Source of the DNA: Ptychomitrium polyphyllum
Taxonomy: Eukaryota
Reading direction: 5' to 3'
NCBI GenBank assembly: GCA_973851085.1
Contig: OZ316776.1
Span: 9,982,001-10,046,000 of the forward strand
DNA length: 64,000 nt
The position numbers and the translations under genes were made by a program. The notes beneath the pieces are model-generated. The model was not told the DNA's origin and searched no databases. It saw only the letters and a list, made by a program, of their open reading frames with translations. Numbering within the stretch: the first letter of the stretch is position 1; each line of letters opens with the position of its first letter. Positions 1-12,832 of this stretch are shown here, one piece after another.

Positions 1-3000
1 CATTAAGAAACCTACATCATTTGAGAAATTTCAGGTCTTGTATCATTTGATATTTTGAACAAAATCTGCCCTTTTTGAATCATGAATGACTACATAATTT
101 AAAAACTCACATAATTTTAGATCTGAAGTGAGTTTCATGCTTGAGGGATAAGTCTTGAATGCTTTAGAAGATGTGTTCAAAAAATTGCATGTATTGTACA
201 AATTGAGTGGCTCATAGAAATTTCATTGGTGATCATTTTGATTAACTTGGTTGCGAGTATGTATGCCAGTTAATGCAAAAATCAATGAGCAGATTGGAAG
301 TTTATAAGGTTTTGCTCCAAAAATAGCATGTCAGTTACTATCAGAGTTTTATGGCAATGAGAAGCACATTGCAGAAAATAGTACCATTTGTACCTACATC
401 ATGTAAAATTTCATAGCCATACAAGCATTCACAAGGATTCTCAAAAATACCACAGATAAAAAATTCTCAACTGTGACCGGAAGACACCAGCTCAGCTGAT
501 TAGTCCACTTACTAGAAATTTGTCTTTGCAAATAATCATGGTTGGTGTTATCATATAGCTCTGTAAGCGCTGAAGTTTAGGGATAAAGAATACAATACAC
601 TCATCTACAACTCTAGCAAACCATCCAAAGAACCTAATTTTGTAGTGGAATTGAACAGCTCAGGGCCAATCACTTGTCTTTGCTTGGACTTAGAGATCAA
701 AGTCTAGGTGTGCTGTAATCTCATAATGAAAACTCAACACCAGAATAGTAATATTCTTTGTCCAATGGAAATCAACTTACTGGGTTATACGTCAATTGCT
801 GTCAATACAGTTCTACAACTGCTGCAATCCACAGACAGATTAAAAGGTGATTCTTTTAGAAAATAGCAAGTTTGCAAATTTGTGCCAGTCCTTGCAATCA
901 TTCTAAGCATAATGACCCTAAAAAACATAAGGTTTCTATTTTCTGATAATGCACTCTCTGACAAGATTATAATATAACAACCAAACATTAATGTCCAGAT
1001 TGAAAATGGTACATTGACACCAATGCAACCCATCACCACAGGGCCTTGTTTAAAATGTAATGATTTCAAAGACCAAGTTCAAAGGGAAACCCTGGGATTT
1101 AAATCTACACAATTTGTGGTCCCCAACTATTCACAAGCAATCAAATAGCCACTGCATATGAATATAAACAGGTCTGTGTTGTAATTTGTACTTATGGTCA
1201 CCAAAGCTTTGGAACTGTAGTTCAGATGTCAAAGACCTATCAACTTCAAAGGGTAGTGGAATGCTGACCTGCAAAATCTAGGTCACTATTTGCTCAACTA
1301 CCATAATCATCATGTCCAAGAAATGGCACCTTAGTTATAAAAAAAATTTCATAAGAAGGTGCATTTCTTTGAAAATCAAATTATGATGTTGTGTGGCACT
1401 CATGTTAAATTACATAATCCTGATTATGAGTTATCAATTTCAAGAAAACCTGAAAACACAAACCAAAACTCATTATCCTTTAAGGGCCAGAAAATCCTTT
1501 TAGAAATAGGATGGGTTGATATGGGATCTTTTAATTGAACATTGTATTATTTCATAGCTCATATTTTTAGAAAGAAAAGTGTGGTAGACTTATTCTGCTT
1601 TGTTGTTAATGAATGAGTTCCTTCTCAATTGTGTGTCTTATTCTTACAGGGACAAAGATGGGGAGTCAAGGAAGCACTCTATTTCAGCCAGCTTCAGAAG
1701 ATGCCAACGCTCTTGTGAGATCATTCACCTAGTTTCTTGGACAAATGGAGGGATTGGCTTAGAACTTGGAAGTTTTTACCTGCTGTCTGTACCAGGGTGA
1801 AACACATGAAAGCTCCAGTCAGCCTAATTTTACACTTGATAAGATTGGATTTGGATTCAAACTAAGACCCCCTTTAGGGATTGAGTGAACAGAATTGTTT
1901 GAAAGCCAGAGGTACAGATGCAAGCGGTAGATTATTCCTTATAGACTCATGACTTTCACTTTTTATTAGTTTTATTACTTTCATTTGCACTATTATTTAC
2001 CAACACCATTACACTCATAGTAGTCTTAAATTTCCATATGCTGTAGGTGCACAGTATGAGGAGATGCAGCGAACTTTGGAAGGAAAGGCATGATATCCTT
2101 TTGGCTGATAAGTATGGAGAACACATGTTCTATTATGTGCTAACATGATGTCAAAATGATGGTAGTAACATGGGGAGTAACATATATGTTCTGATATGAG
2201 GGATCAGGTATAGATGTATTGACAGTGTGTGTCCAGTAGTTCATGGACCCAGATCTAGGGGCTCATCTGAAGGCCTGACATCAGCATTGCCCAATGATGT
2301 CTGTGTGAGCATTCTAGAAGGAGAGAACTCCAGTTCCATGTAAGGGCGGCATGAATTGTGTGTTTGTCCCTTTCTTATCATGTATCTATGTCCACAAGTA
2401 TTCATTATAAAAAATTATTAAACTTATTCCTGACAAAATGATCTTCAAGATTCCTTTCAAAAATTCTTTTTCAGAAATATGCTTTCACTCGCAAATGTGT
2501 TCCAATTTGTGAAAGCAAATTTCACAAAACATTGAAGTCATCCATGAATTGATTCACCCATCTTGTCTTTTTCATACAACATCTTGTTACCACATGAGTT
2601 TGTTCTCATTTATTATTGATTTATCACATTCCAAGGTGAAAAGAAAGTTGTACTAACTATTCAAAAATGTTGTGAAATTCCTAAGCAATCACGTTAAATA
2701 CTTAAACAATTTTTAAATTGACCATCTTGCTTATTAGAATAAAATTTATAATGTGATTTTGAAAATATAAAATAGTTTAAAACAAAATTTGAATGAATAA
2801 AAATAAAGTAAAATAAAATTAACAAATAGAATCAAGTTTAACTTAGAAAAAACTCAATCATTTAGAAAATTCAAAAAAACATATCATGTTTTTTAAATGT
2901 AGAAAGTTCTTCAAGTGCATGAGTATTTCAATATTAAAATGGATCTAATTGAATGAACTTTCAAATGCAATGATAAAACCAAATCAATGAAAGCACTCAA

Positions 3001-6000
3001 GTTTAAATAATGATTCTACAATTACTTCTATAATTGATATTGATAATATTTTAGTATAAATTACAAAATTCAAAATTCAATTAAAGTTTTTAATTTTTTT
3101 TACAAATAACATATTAACAAATTCTCATTAGGATTTGTTGTACTAATTTTGAAACATGCAACTTTTAAGCTGATGATTCTTTTCTTAAAAGTTGCTTAAT
3201 TTAAGATTCATAATATAAAATTATTTTTAATCTTGCAAGTCTATTTATATTTGGGTTTGAAAAGCTAAAGTCAATGAGATAAGAAGTTATTATTTGATAG
3301 ATAACATTGATATATCTAACTAGATTTATTTCAAGCAAATCGTATATTTGAGCTTATAAAAATTTCCATAGTTGGGAAGTTTACTTAAAATTCAACATAT
3401 CAAGTGTGTATAATATTCTTAAAGAATTGAAAATACAACTATTAAGAACCACAAAGAGGGCATTATTAAAAAAATCTTTCAATATCTTTCAAAAATTCAA
3501 TTTTATAATTATATTGGAATCTACAACCAACATTTCTTAAAGGAAAATACAATATCAACCAAGAACTTTTAAATTTTAAGTTCTTTGACATTTTTTAAAA
3601 AGCATTCAATATATATCAGCATTCTATATTCACTTCATTTTGTATCATGGCCATTCTATTTGGATTCACACCTAAACTTTGAACTACATCTCATGGCCTT
3701 GATTCATTGACGGTACCTCAGTTACAATAATCTCATCCCTTAAGCAAGTTATCACTCTGTCTTTGCAGTGAACCACATGTATCCACTTACAGATTTACAT
3801 ATCCAAGGTCATATGAGTTTTTGACATGTTCTCTATAGGTGCATTTTCAATATGTTTTGTACACCATCTTATACTCCAACCTAGTTATGCCTCACAAAGA
3901 AATTAAGTAATTTCAAAGTAACAATTTTGTAAAATTATGGATGGTTGGAAAAAAATGCACATTTTTGCCTATTTCACTCTTCATGAACATTTTACATGTT
4001 GTCCCCTTCATCTATTCACTCAATACATTATTTTTATTTTTACTTATTTTTTGGAAATTTTCAATTACTTACTGTGCAGTATGCATAACATTCTCATCCA
4101 AGAACATCATGTCAAGGTACTTCCATGGTATGTGTTGGCCAACCACAGGTTCTAATTGACATTGTAAATGTGAATATTCTAGATTGTAAGCCACAGTTTG
4201 CAAGTGGTAATAATATTATGTGCTATAACTGGATAACAATGTTACTTTTTTATTACACATTAAGATGAGGTAAAACATAAACATGCATAATGTATACTTG
4301 CTTAAATCTTTCTTCCTCTACCTCTTCTTTGTGAAATTGGCCATGGCACTCTGGTCCGTAAAGTGACGGTTGGTTGACAACTTGGCTAGAGCAGCAACAT
4401 ACTGAAGGCACCTTAGTTTACTCAACTTATAAATAAATAATTGAGGTCAGAAGAGCTTCTGCTAGTACTTGGAGTTAGGCACTGCAGCAAAAAACTTGGT
4501 GTACAGTCTGGACAAAGCCTAATTTGAATACTACATACCTTAGAAGGCGTCATTTATTTCAATTTGGACTTTTAGAAATAACCAGTCTTACAGGTGAAGT
4601 AACAGGCCATCCTTCTCCACCCCAGCATGAAATAATAGTTTGCACAAAGAAGCTTGGCTAAAGTAAGCAGCCTTTGAATGGTTGGAAATTTGTTTTGGAA
4701 AGCAAAGATATTGTTCTGAAACTCAAGATACATATCAAGAAGTGGGGCATAAAATGTCTAGTCCTTGCAAAAATAAAATTACAACTGTAAAACAAACTGA
4801 AAAGAAATAATTCCCAAAAATAAGTCCATAAACTCGTCAAGTAGTAGGTGGTCCTTCAATCATCAAGATCAAATAAGGTTGTTGAAATTATATGGTATAC
4901 ATTGGATAATTTGCCCTACTGAATTTGTGCCCAGCTATGTACAAAAGAGACTTGATGATCCGGGAACGTCTGACCTAAAAACTTGGCAAATGCATGTATC
5001 GATAGGCAGTCCTGTGTCAGATTTCACACTGAGTAAATGAAAAAGCCTGAGTATAATGGTTTCTATCAGTCTACATGAAACCAATTATAGTGGTGCATTT
5101 TCATCACTTACAGGATTGAATGATGCATACAGTAAATTATCATTGAAGTTCATTAACTCCATATAGTAACCCAGCAAGACCCAGTTTATAATAACTTCCT
5201 TCATTCAAAATAAACAAAATATGATGAGTATGTAATAATTTGTGCATGACTAAATCTATTGACTCTGACTCCCTACAAAAAAATCTACTCTGAGTTGCAG
5301 TAATTTATGAACTCAGTCCACACTGACATTGGAAGAAGTAGCATCATCACTCCATACATTCATTACTTCTAGAACTTCCCTACTATCAATGGCCAGCTTG
5401 AAAGAAAAGCATTAACAGGGTGACGGTTACCAAATCAACTCTTACTCCTCATATCATACTACAAGAGATGAAGATACTCAACAAACCTTGAAAAGTGAGA
5501 AACTGAAAACTATACCAATGAAAAAACATAAAAATGACACCTGGAGAAATGAAAAGGTATGCCAAAGGAAAAAATTAAATCAGTCACAAATCCTTCAATC
5601 TTCAATAACGCAAGACCCTGACAAGAAATCATGCAATCTGTTCAAAATAATATCCGCTTAAAACAAGAATTTGACAAATAAGTCAAACATTCGACTGATA
5701 AAATTATTCCTTCAAGGAACGTTCTAAGAGACGACAACAAACGACATCACGCTCAAGATCCTAAATCGACATCCTAAATTCACAAGCCACATACAAACTT
5801 ACTGAATAGGGCACTCCGGATAACAACAAGTTCTCAACCAGAATTCAAAAATTCAAACCCAACCTAGACACAATCCGACCGTGACCAAGATCCTCTGAAA
5901 CAAGAATGAATTCGTGCAACTTACTTCATCCAAAATTACTCAAACACAAACAAAGCGAAAACCGAACTTCACAACACCAATCCATAAAAGGCAAATATTA

Positions 6001-6300
6001 TACACCATCAATGATCACAACACATAAATATAAGAAAAGCCAGAAATGCAATCTACATAGTTAATGAATTCGACGACAACTCAAAGTAAACCATACAGTC
6101 AAGTTCCTACACAACATCCAATTACATATACAGCTCCTCCGGTACACTTGTCAGAATTCCAGGCCGCCATACAAGCCTCAAACTACCAAACTTCACACTA
6201 TACAAAAACTTCACTGCACATGCTCGCAAAATAAACGACCACCAAAACTAAAACACTTCAACACCAAAAGTTAAAGAAAAATGTTTAACAAGTGCCGAAC

Positions 6301-9146
6301 AGCATGATGATGCAGCCAATCATTCACAAATACACAGTGTCATCTCTAGAGGAAATCACCACAAACTACACAAGCCATGACCCTGACATCCAACGGGAAA
6401 CAAACAAGCACAACTGTGACCCAGATCGCCTGGATGGCCTCTCCTGACACCCCGTCATAATGCACGACATGCTATGTCATCATCGCCTCCCGCATACCCC
6501 ACTCCATGTTCCAAATGACATCCGACGTTCTTCAAGTACGGTAAAGGTCGCGTTACATGGGCACCAGTCCGGCTGGAGCCTACCGAGAGGCCGAGGCCTG
6601 CCATCGATCCGCTATCATCCGTTCACCGCCTACCTCTCCGTCCCCCTCGGGATATGCCGTGCTCTCTCACGTCACACGACCCGGTCAGTGGCTTTCCCAA
6701 TTGTACATTCTATGCGAACCGCTGCTCTTCACAGCTGCGGGGACGAACCGACAGGTTTCACGACCCATCCATGCTGTGATCCATTGCTGCTCTTGGTTCG
6801 TGTCTCGCTGCGCCGAACACGAAGCTCGGATTCGGGATCGCGGGGGCCCCCGCTGACCCGAACAACGGTGCCTGCCCCTGCGCCTGCGCCGTTGGATGTG
6901 CCGTGAACGCTGGAACCATCGCCTCCGGGGCAGGGGCTGCGTACCCGAACCCGAAACTCACGCCACCGCCAGAGCTGTTGATTATGGGAGTGCTCGGCAC
7001 GCTGTTTCCGAACACCTCGCTCTCGAACTGTTGCAGTTGCTGCGCCACCGCTGCACAACACACACCCACCTCATCGCCATTCAGACCATGCAACCCATGC
7101 GGCCTCACATCACGGCCCGACATCCGATTCGGACCCCGGTCCACTTGGTCCCGCGCGGCCTACGCGATCGTCATGCCGTGCTTCCGCACCCAACCCGACA
7201 CGCTGCGAACTCGACTCGGTCCCGTCCAGACGATGCGCGCGACATCGCAGGCCCACCGACTGCAACGCCTCACCCCACGACACGGCCCCGACCCGATACC
7301 ACCGCAACGCCCCACCCCGCACGTTCCTATTCCCCCGAACGCACAGCAGAAGAAAAACCGGCGGCGGGCTCGGGTGTCCCATCCGCAGAACAGCACCCCG
7401 CGCCCGCGCCCGCCCCCCACACCACACACGACGCCACACTGGACCGTGCTTCGGACCCTCACCTTGCGTCAGATTTATGGACGGTCTTCGATCCTTCACC
7501 CACTGGTACGCCTGGGGCAATCTCCACTGCTTGTACCTCATCAGATACGCGACGACTACAGCGGGAGATCTGCGCACAGTTTCTCTGCTGTTAGTACGTC
7601 TCTCCGGCCACACACCTGCCCCACATCCACCTCCTCCGATCCGAACCACTGACCCGACACACGACGACATCCCCGACTCAAAACAACCGCCCGCCGCTCG
7701 CACCCCTTCCATCCTCCCACAGACCTCCGGCCTACCCCGACCGGGATACTCCGAACCGGCATCACACGCCAAAAAACAACCCATGCTTCCAGGACTGCGC
7801 ACCTGCTCTGGCCCGACATGCAATGCACCAGCACCCGGGCTTTGTCCGCCCTGGCTTGTTCTGTCCACAACAGCACAAAAACGTCGTCAGTCCCTCGGAA
7901 CACTGCAGGGCTCTCGACGTCCGGGGAAGCTCCGCCACGGACATGGCCCCGCTTCCCAGGTCAACACGGGCTGCTGGGGCTTACCGATGAACTCCAGGCA
8001 CTCCGAAAACGGCACCGTCTTGTCCTCCTTCAGTGAGTGATACGTGAAAGAGTTCTTGTACAGGTTCTGGCACGTCGGAACCGTCTGCATCAAATACTCG
8101 AACAAGTTCAGTACCCTGCGTCTAACCCTGCTCGATGCATCATGCGTCTCATGACACCGCGCTCTCAAACCGGACCGACACTGATGATGGCAATGGGTTC
8201 GGACTCGGAATCGCAGTCCGCCACGCGCGAATCGGCCGCGTGCCACATTCTGCCAACCCTATTTCGCTCTCAACGACAAAGCCGTTTTAGGTTTACGACA
8301 CGGGTGCGCACCGGATCACCGTCCCGAACCATGCCCAGTTCAAGGGGGAGGAGTTAGTGCTTCCGGACGTCCACATCTCACACACGCAAACGACTCATAC
8401 TCTCCCCTGCCAATCCTCGACGACCACATACTGGCGCAATTTCTCCTACAGCACGTCATCTGCAACCACATCAAACACCGCCCCTGTGGAACGGCCACGG
8501 CCACGTACGTTCAGGATCCGGCTGATGTTCTGCGCCTTCAGCAGCTCCGCGCGCGACGCATTGTCGTAGCTCCCCAGATACAAGAACTGCGGCAGAATCT
8601 CCGTCGAGAACGCGCTCTGCTGCGGGCCCTTCTCCGTCGCCTCCTGCAGCCGGTGCCCGCAGATCCCACACACCTCCCCGTCCTCAAACTTGTGGTAGTG
8701 CCCGCACACGAAGCACGGATTCTCCCTCTCCCGCTTCCGCATCGTACCCAACCTCGGCCCCAATCCCGCTCAACTCGCGTCCCGCTCCCGCCCACCCTCC
8801 TACACCGCCTGCCGCCCGCGCAGCGACATGCCTCCTCCGCCTACCTACCTACCGCACGCACCACCTCGTCCCATCCACTCCACGCCACGAATTCCGCTCG
8901 CCTACGAGCCCACCCCCTCCGCCCCAAAACCCCCGACCATCACCCCACGCTCACGCCGATCGGACCTCCCCCGCCCCCGCCCCGCCACGCGATCCGCCCC
9001 ACATTGGCCTCCCAGAACGCAAACCCCCGAAGCCCAACGCGAACGAGAAAACACCATCAAACTTCCACAACACCTCCAGAACCACAGCCCTTACGGACTC
9101 CACACTCTAACCTAGACCCAGCTCCCGCAACAGCCAGGCAACTGAG
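6301..9146. repeat. ~2.85 kb direct repeat, copy 1 (whole IBR5 transcription unit)
   Basis: Starts AGCATGATGATGCAGCC and ends GGCAACTGAG. Matches 31763-34607; the only difference seen is a 1-nt indel in a C run (~8943 vs ~34405). Confidence 0.95.
6758..8742 (-). CDS. IBR5: IBR5-like dual-specificity (MAPK) phosphatase, copy 1. Exons 8742-8509, 8084-7985, 7860-7803, 7569-7463, 7050-6758; ~263 aa
   Basis: N-terminus MRKRERENPCFVCGHYHK, then FLYLGSYDNASR, catalytic VHCMSGQSR and AYLM motifs. All four introns are GT-AG with consistent phases and sum to 792 nt. Confidence 0.93.
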
Positions 9147-11114
9147 GGGAGAAAGCAGACCCAGGCAGTGGCCCAAACAGTTTCAAGCAGCGACGCTATC
9201 AATGAAGTTGACTCACACCGCGTCGCGCCATCGACAATTCACGGGAGGGGGAGAGAATGGGAAAGAGGTTGTAGTGCAACCAACAGAATCCGTACCCTCG
9301 CAGGCACTGTAAACGTATGCCAAGTGGGATTTATCTCGGAGGTCAATTTGCAAATGAAATGTAGCGGGAGTTGCAGGGCACGCGTTGTTTGGATTGAGCG
9401 CCCCAGTTGCCGGCCTGGTACGGCTGGAGGCCCCGTTCGGAGAGGGCAGGCTGGGATTATGATCTGACGGTCGGGGTCAGGTGTGGGAGTGTCTGACGGT
9501 GAGGAGGGGTGCTGGTGAGCTGAGTTTGGTTCAGTTGGGAATGATGGGCTGTGGACTGTAAATGATGAGCTGTGGAGTGTGAATGATGGTTTGGTAGGCC
9601 GGTTTTTGGAGGTTGCTGAGGTGGGGCCAGTTAATCCGTGGTGTGAACCGGACACCCCTCATTAGGGGTGTGAGTGTAGCAGTGGAGTTTTGTAACAATT
9701 CTGCAGAAGTAGGTGAAGTTTAGCGAGCTGATTGATTACTTGCACTTTTTATTGGAGGTGATATTGTGCCTTCTTGGCCTTCCTTCTCATGATAATTGTT
9801 TCCTATTTTGTCATTGAGTGGCTTATAATATTGGAAGTGCAATGTACAATTGGAGCCAGCTTAGGAAGACAATATTTCTTTTCATTTTTAAACAAGTATC
9901 CCTTATACTTTTGGTACAATTATGGCTTCTTTCTAGTGAAAATTTGTAAAATGATTAGAATTTGTCTTAGATTTTAATGTTTTTGTAAATATTTGAAATT
10001 AAATTATCTTGAAGTTTAATATAAAAGTATTATAGTTTCAAAATTAATAAGACACATCATTTATTGCAAGCAATCCAATAAAATAATTTCATCAACCTCA
10101 TAACTTGTATTTGACATTATTATAAACCAAAAAGAAAATTGTGTTTTTAAATTTCTTATTGATATGAAATATAGTACATGAACTCTTGAATTTATAGGCA
10201 TCTATGTATCAAATAAATAATTGAATTCATTTTGTCACTATATAATTTCATTATTTTTTTAATAAATGTGATTTTCTAAAGGCTTAAGTATCTATGCAAG
10301 TTAAATTTCACTTGACACAATAATTTCATATAATTATGAAACTTTATTTAAATATACATATAAATTTTGTAGAAATGTCATTTCTCATCTTTATTTTATA
10401 ACATGATAAATTGAAAAATAACTCAAGATGTATGAAATAAATAATAATTCAACATGTTGATGAGGAGAAAAGGCATTTGTTTAACACAATGAAGGACCGA
10501 CAATAAATTATTTTTTATACATTTGACACATGTTATCAAAAATAATGATCAAATTTTTAAAATTTTATCAACCATAACAATCAATGTTTTATTAATAGAT
10601 ATATTATTTAATATTGTATGTTAATTTTTTTATTAAAGACTCAGTTTTTTACAAAGTTATTTGGTTTTATACTATTTTATAATCCAAATCTAGTTATATT
10701 TGGATTGTTATATAAATAAAGAATTATTCACAACACGGTGAGTGCCATAAGCATTATTGAACATGTAATAAAAAAAAACAAATAATGATGTATAGCAAAT
10801 ACAATTTCAAGTGCCTTCTTAAATTAATTATGAAGCTTCATTAAACAACAAGGTTATAATTGCATATAACTGAAAATGAATACTATGGTAATATTATGAC
10901 AATCAAATAAGTGAAAAAGAAGTGACTACATGATTTATAAATTGTATGCAATTTGAGCCCCATCTTTAGTTACATTTTAATGGATGTTGGTATTGAAATA
11001 AATTGTTAATCTTCATACAAAGTTCAATCTTGAACTTGCAACAAATGATTATTAAAAAAAAAGGTTGAATTGGCATTAAAGTATGGAAAGTTCTCATAAC
11101 ATGTCAAAAAAATA

Positions 11115-11600
11115 TTTTACAACAAGGTCAAATCCTATATCTTAAATACATAATTAAAAGTAGTGGTAACAAATATGCCATATCCCAACCATGTTGGCCG
11201 TAGTCACATAAAAACATTATAGTTATTCCTTTTTTTTACCACATATAAAACAAGGAAGGTTCATTGGTACAGTTGCTTGCTTCATATGTACAATATCATC
11301 AATAGAAAGATGATATGGAATAAAATATTTAAGACCTTCTTTGCCTTCAAGCATTAAAAAACCATTAAATAATGTTTTCTTTACGCGAAGAATTATATGT
11401 TTTGCCTTGATGTTAAGAGTACTGGGCGCTTCACATTGCATGTATGCATAATCTTCTTTAAAGATTTTTTGCAACTAAGATAAACAAGTGCTGTCACATA
11501 AACAAATATAATATAAGATGTCTTGATATTGTGCAGTAGATAAGTTCTCCATTATTCTTAGCATAGTTTCTTTCATGAACTCTCAATAGGCCATATAAAT
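11115..11600 (-). mobile_element. Decayed Ty3/gypsy pol C-terminus with PHD-finger-like domain
   Basis: Minus-strand translation with stops and a frameshift: MENLSTAQYQD...KEDYAYMQCEAPSTLNIKAKHIILRVKKTLFNGFLMLEGKEG...CFICGKK..MFLCDYGQHGWDMAYLLP...*PCC. This is an integrase-tail-like segment followed by a degenerate C4HC3 pattern. Confidence 0.6.
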
Positions 11601-11689
11601 TATGGTCATCCAAATAAACAAATGATGCCAACTTTACATGTAATAAGTTGGATAAGTTTACACTTTTACTAAATAACAAATGATAAGAA

Positions 11690-12280
11690 AAATAGAAATA
11701 CAAGAAATAATAAGAAGATACATAGAGGTACTTAAGAATAAACTTCCAAAGAACCTATGATTAACAAGACCTGATATAGAGACAAAAAAAACGGCACTAT
11801 ACAATATGATCCAAAACTTGTATTAGCAACAGTAAGGTATATCTTGTCTTACCTCCTGTTTATACTATGACGCTTGTATCTCCTAAAATACTTCTAAAGA
11901 AGTTTTCTACAAGGCTTAAGAATGTTCTAAAAGTCTATAGAACCTTCTCAAGAAGTTTCCCAACATGGTGGAAATTCCCTAAGAAGCTTTGACCAAGTTA
12001 AAACCTTCCTTGGAAGTTTCCTAAAGTGGTACAACCTTCCTATAAAGTCTTCAAAAGAGCTGGGAACGGCTATGGAAACATTAAAAAGTATTTAAGAAGC
12101 TACTATAATATACCAAAAGATTTTAAAAGCTTTTAAAGACTATATTGCATGCTCTATGTCCGTAACATCACCTGTCCCTATAGCGACAAGTTCCAAAAAG
12201 AGCTCTTCTTGTGGCTTGCTTGTTATATTTCCACAAATAATAAAACTTGTCAAAGAAGAGAAACAATATATTCCACTTAT
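11690..12280 (-). mobile_element. Older, diverged LTR (~11690-12167) plus adjacent PPT/3' internal segment of the same family as the 12281-18737 element
   Basis: Aligns by eye to 12281-12950 (TATACTATGACG, GGAAGTTTCCTAA units, CTATGTCCGTAACA|TCACCT); left edge approximate. Confidence 0.75.
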
Positions 12281-12832
12281 TGTTAGGAACACAAGAAACA
12301 AGAAGCAAAAACGAGATGTTTCCAAAGAATTAGCTTTCAAAGAGCTAATGATTAATAAGAAGTTGATACAAATACTAGAACAAGGCAAGATTCAAAATGA
12401 TCTACAACTTGTGTTGGCAAGGCTAAGGAATACCTTGTCTTGCCTCCTATTTATACTATGACGTTTGTATCTCCTAGGACACTTCTAAAGAAGCTTCCTA
12501 TAAGGCTTAAGAATGTTTTGGAAGTCTAGGGAACCTTTCCAAGAAGTTTCCTAAGATGTTGGAACCTTCTTAAAGGCTTTCCAAGGAATTGGAACCTTCC
12601 TTAAAAATTTCCTAAGGTAGCGGAACCTTCCTAGGAAGTTTCCTAAGATGATGGAATCTTTGTAAGAAGTTGCCTAGAAAATTTCCTAAGGTGGAAGAAC
12701 TTTCCTAGGAAGCTTCTTAAGAATATGGAAAGACTATGGAGACATCTAAAAGTATTCTAAGAAGCTATTATAGTATACTAGAAGGTTCTAGAATGTTCTA
12801 AGGACTATGTTGCATGATCTATGTCCGTGACA
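12281..12832 (-). repeat. 3' LTR of Tcn1-like element, with internal ~31-bp tandem units (GGAACCTTCCTAGGAAGTTTCCTAAGATG-like)
   Basis: TGTTAGG...CGTGACA; similar to 18229-18737 but ~40 nt longer within the repeat array. Confidence 0.88.

Noticed and set aside
6460..9655. Numerous long overlapping ORFs on both strands around IBR5 (also 31922-34704)
   Set aside because: Shadow frames of GC-rich exons, introns and UTRs; only the spliced phosphatase frame has recognisable motifs.
12500..12730. Regular ~31-bp repeats, superficially CRISPR-like
   Set aside because: Degenerate tandem units without unique spacers, inside a eukaryotic LTR.
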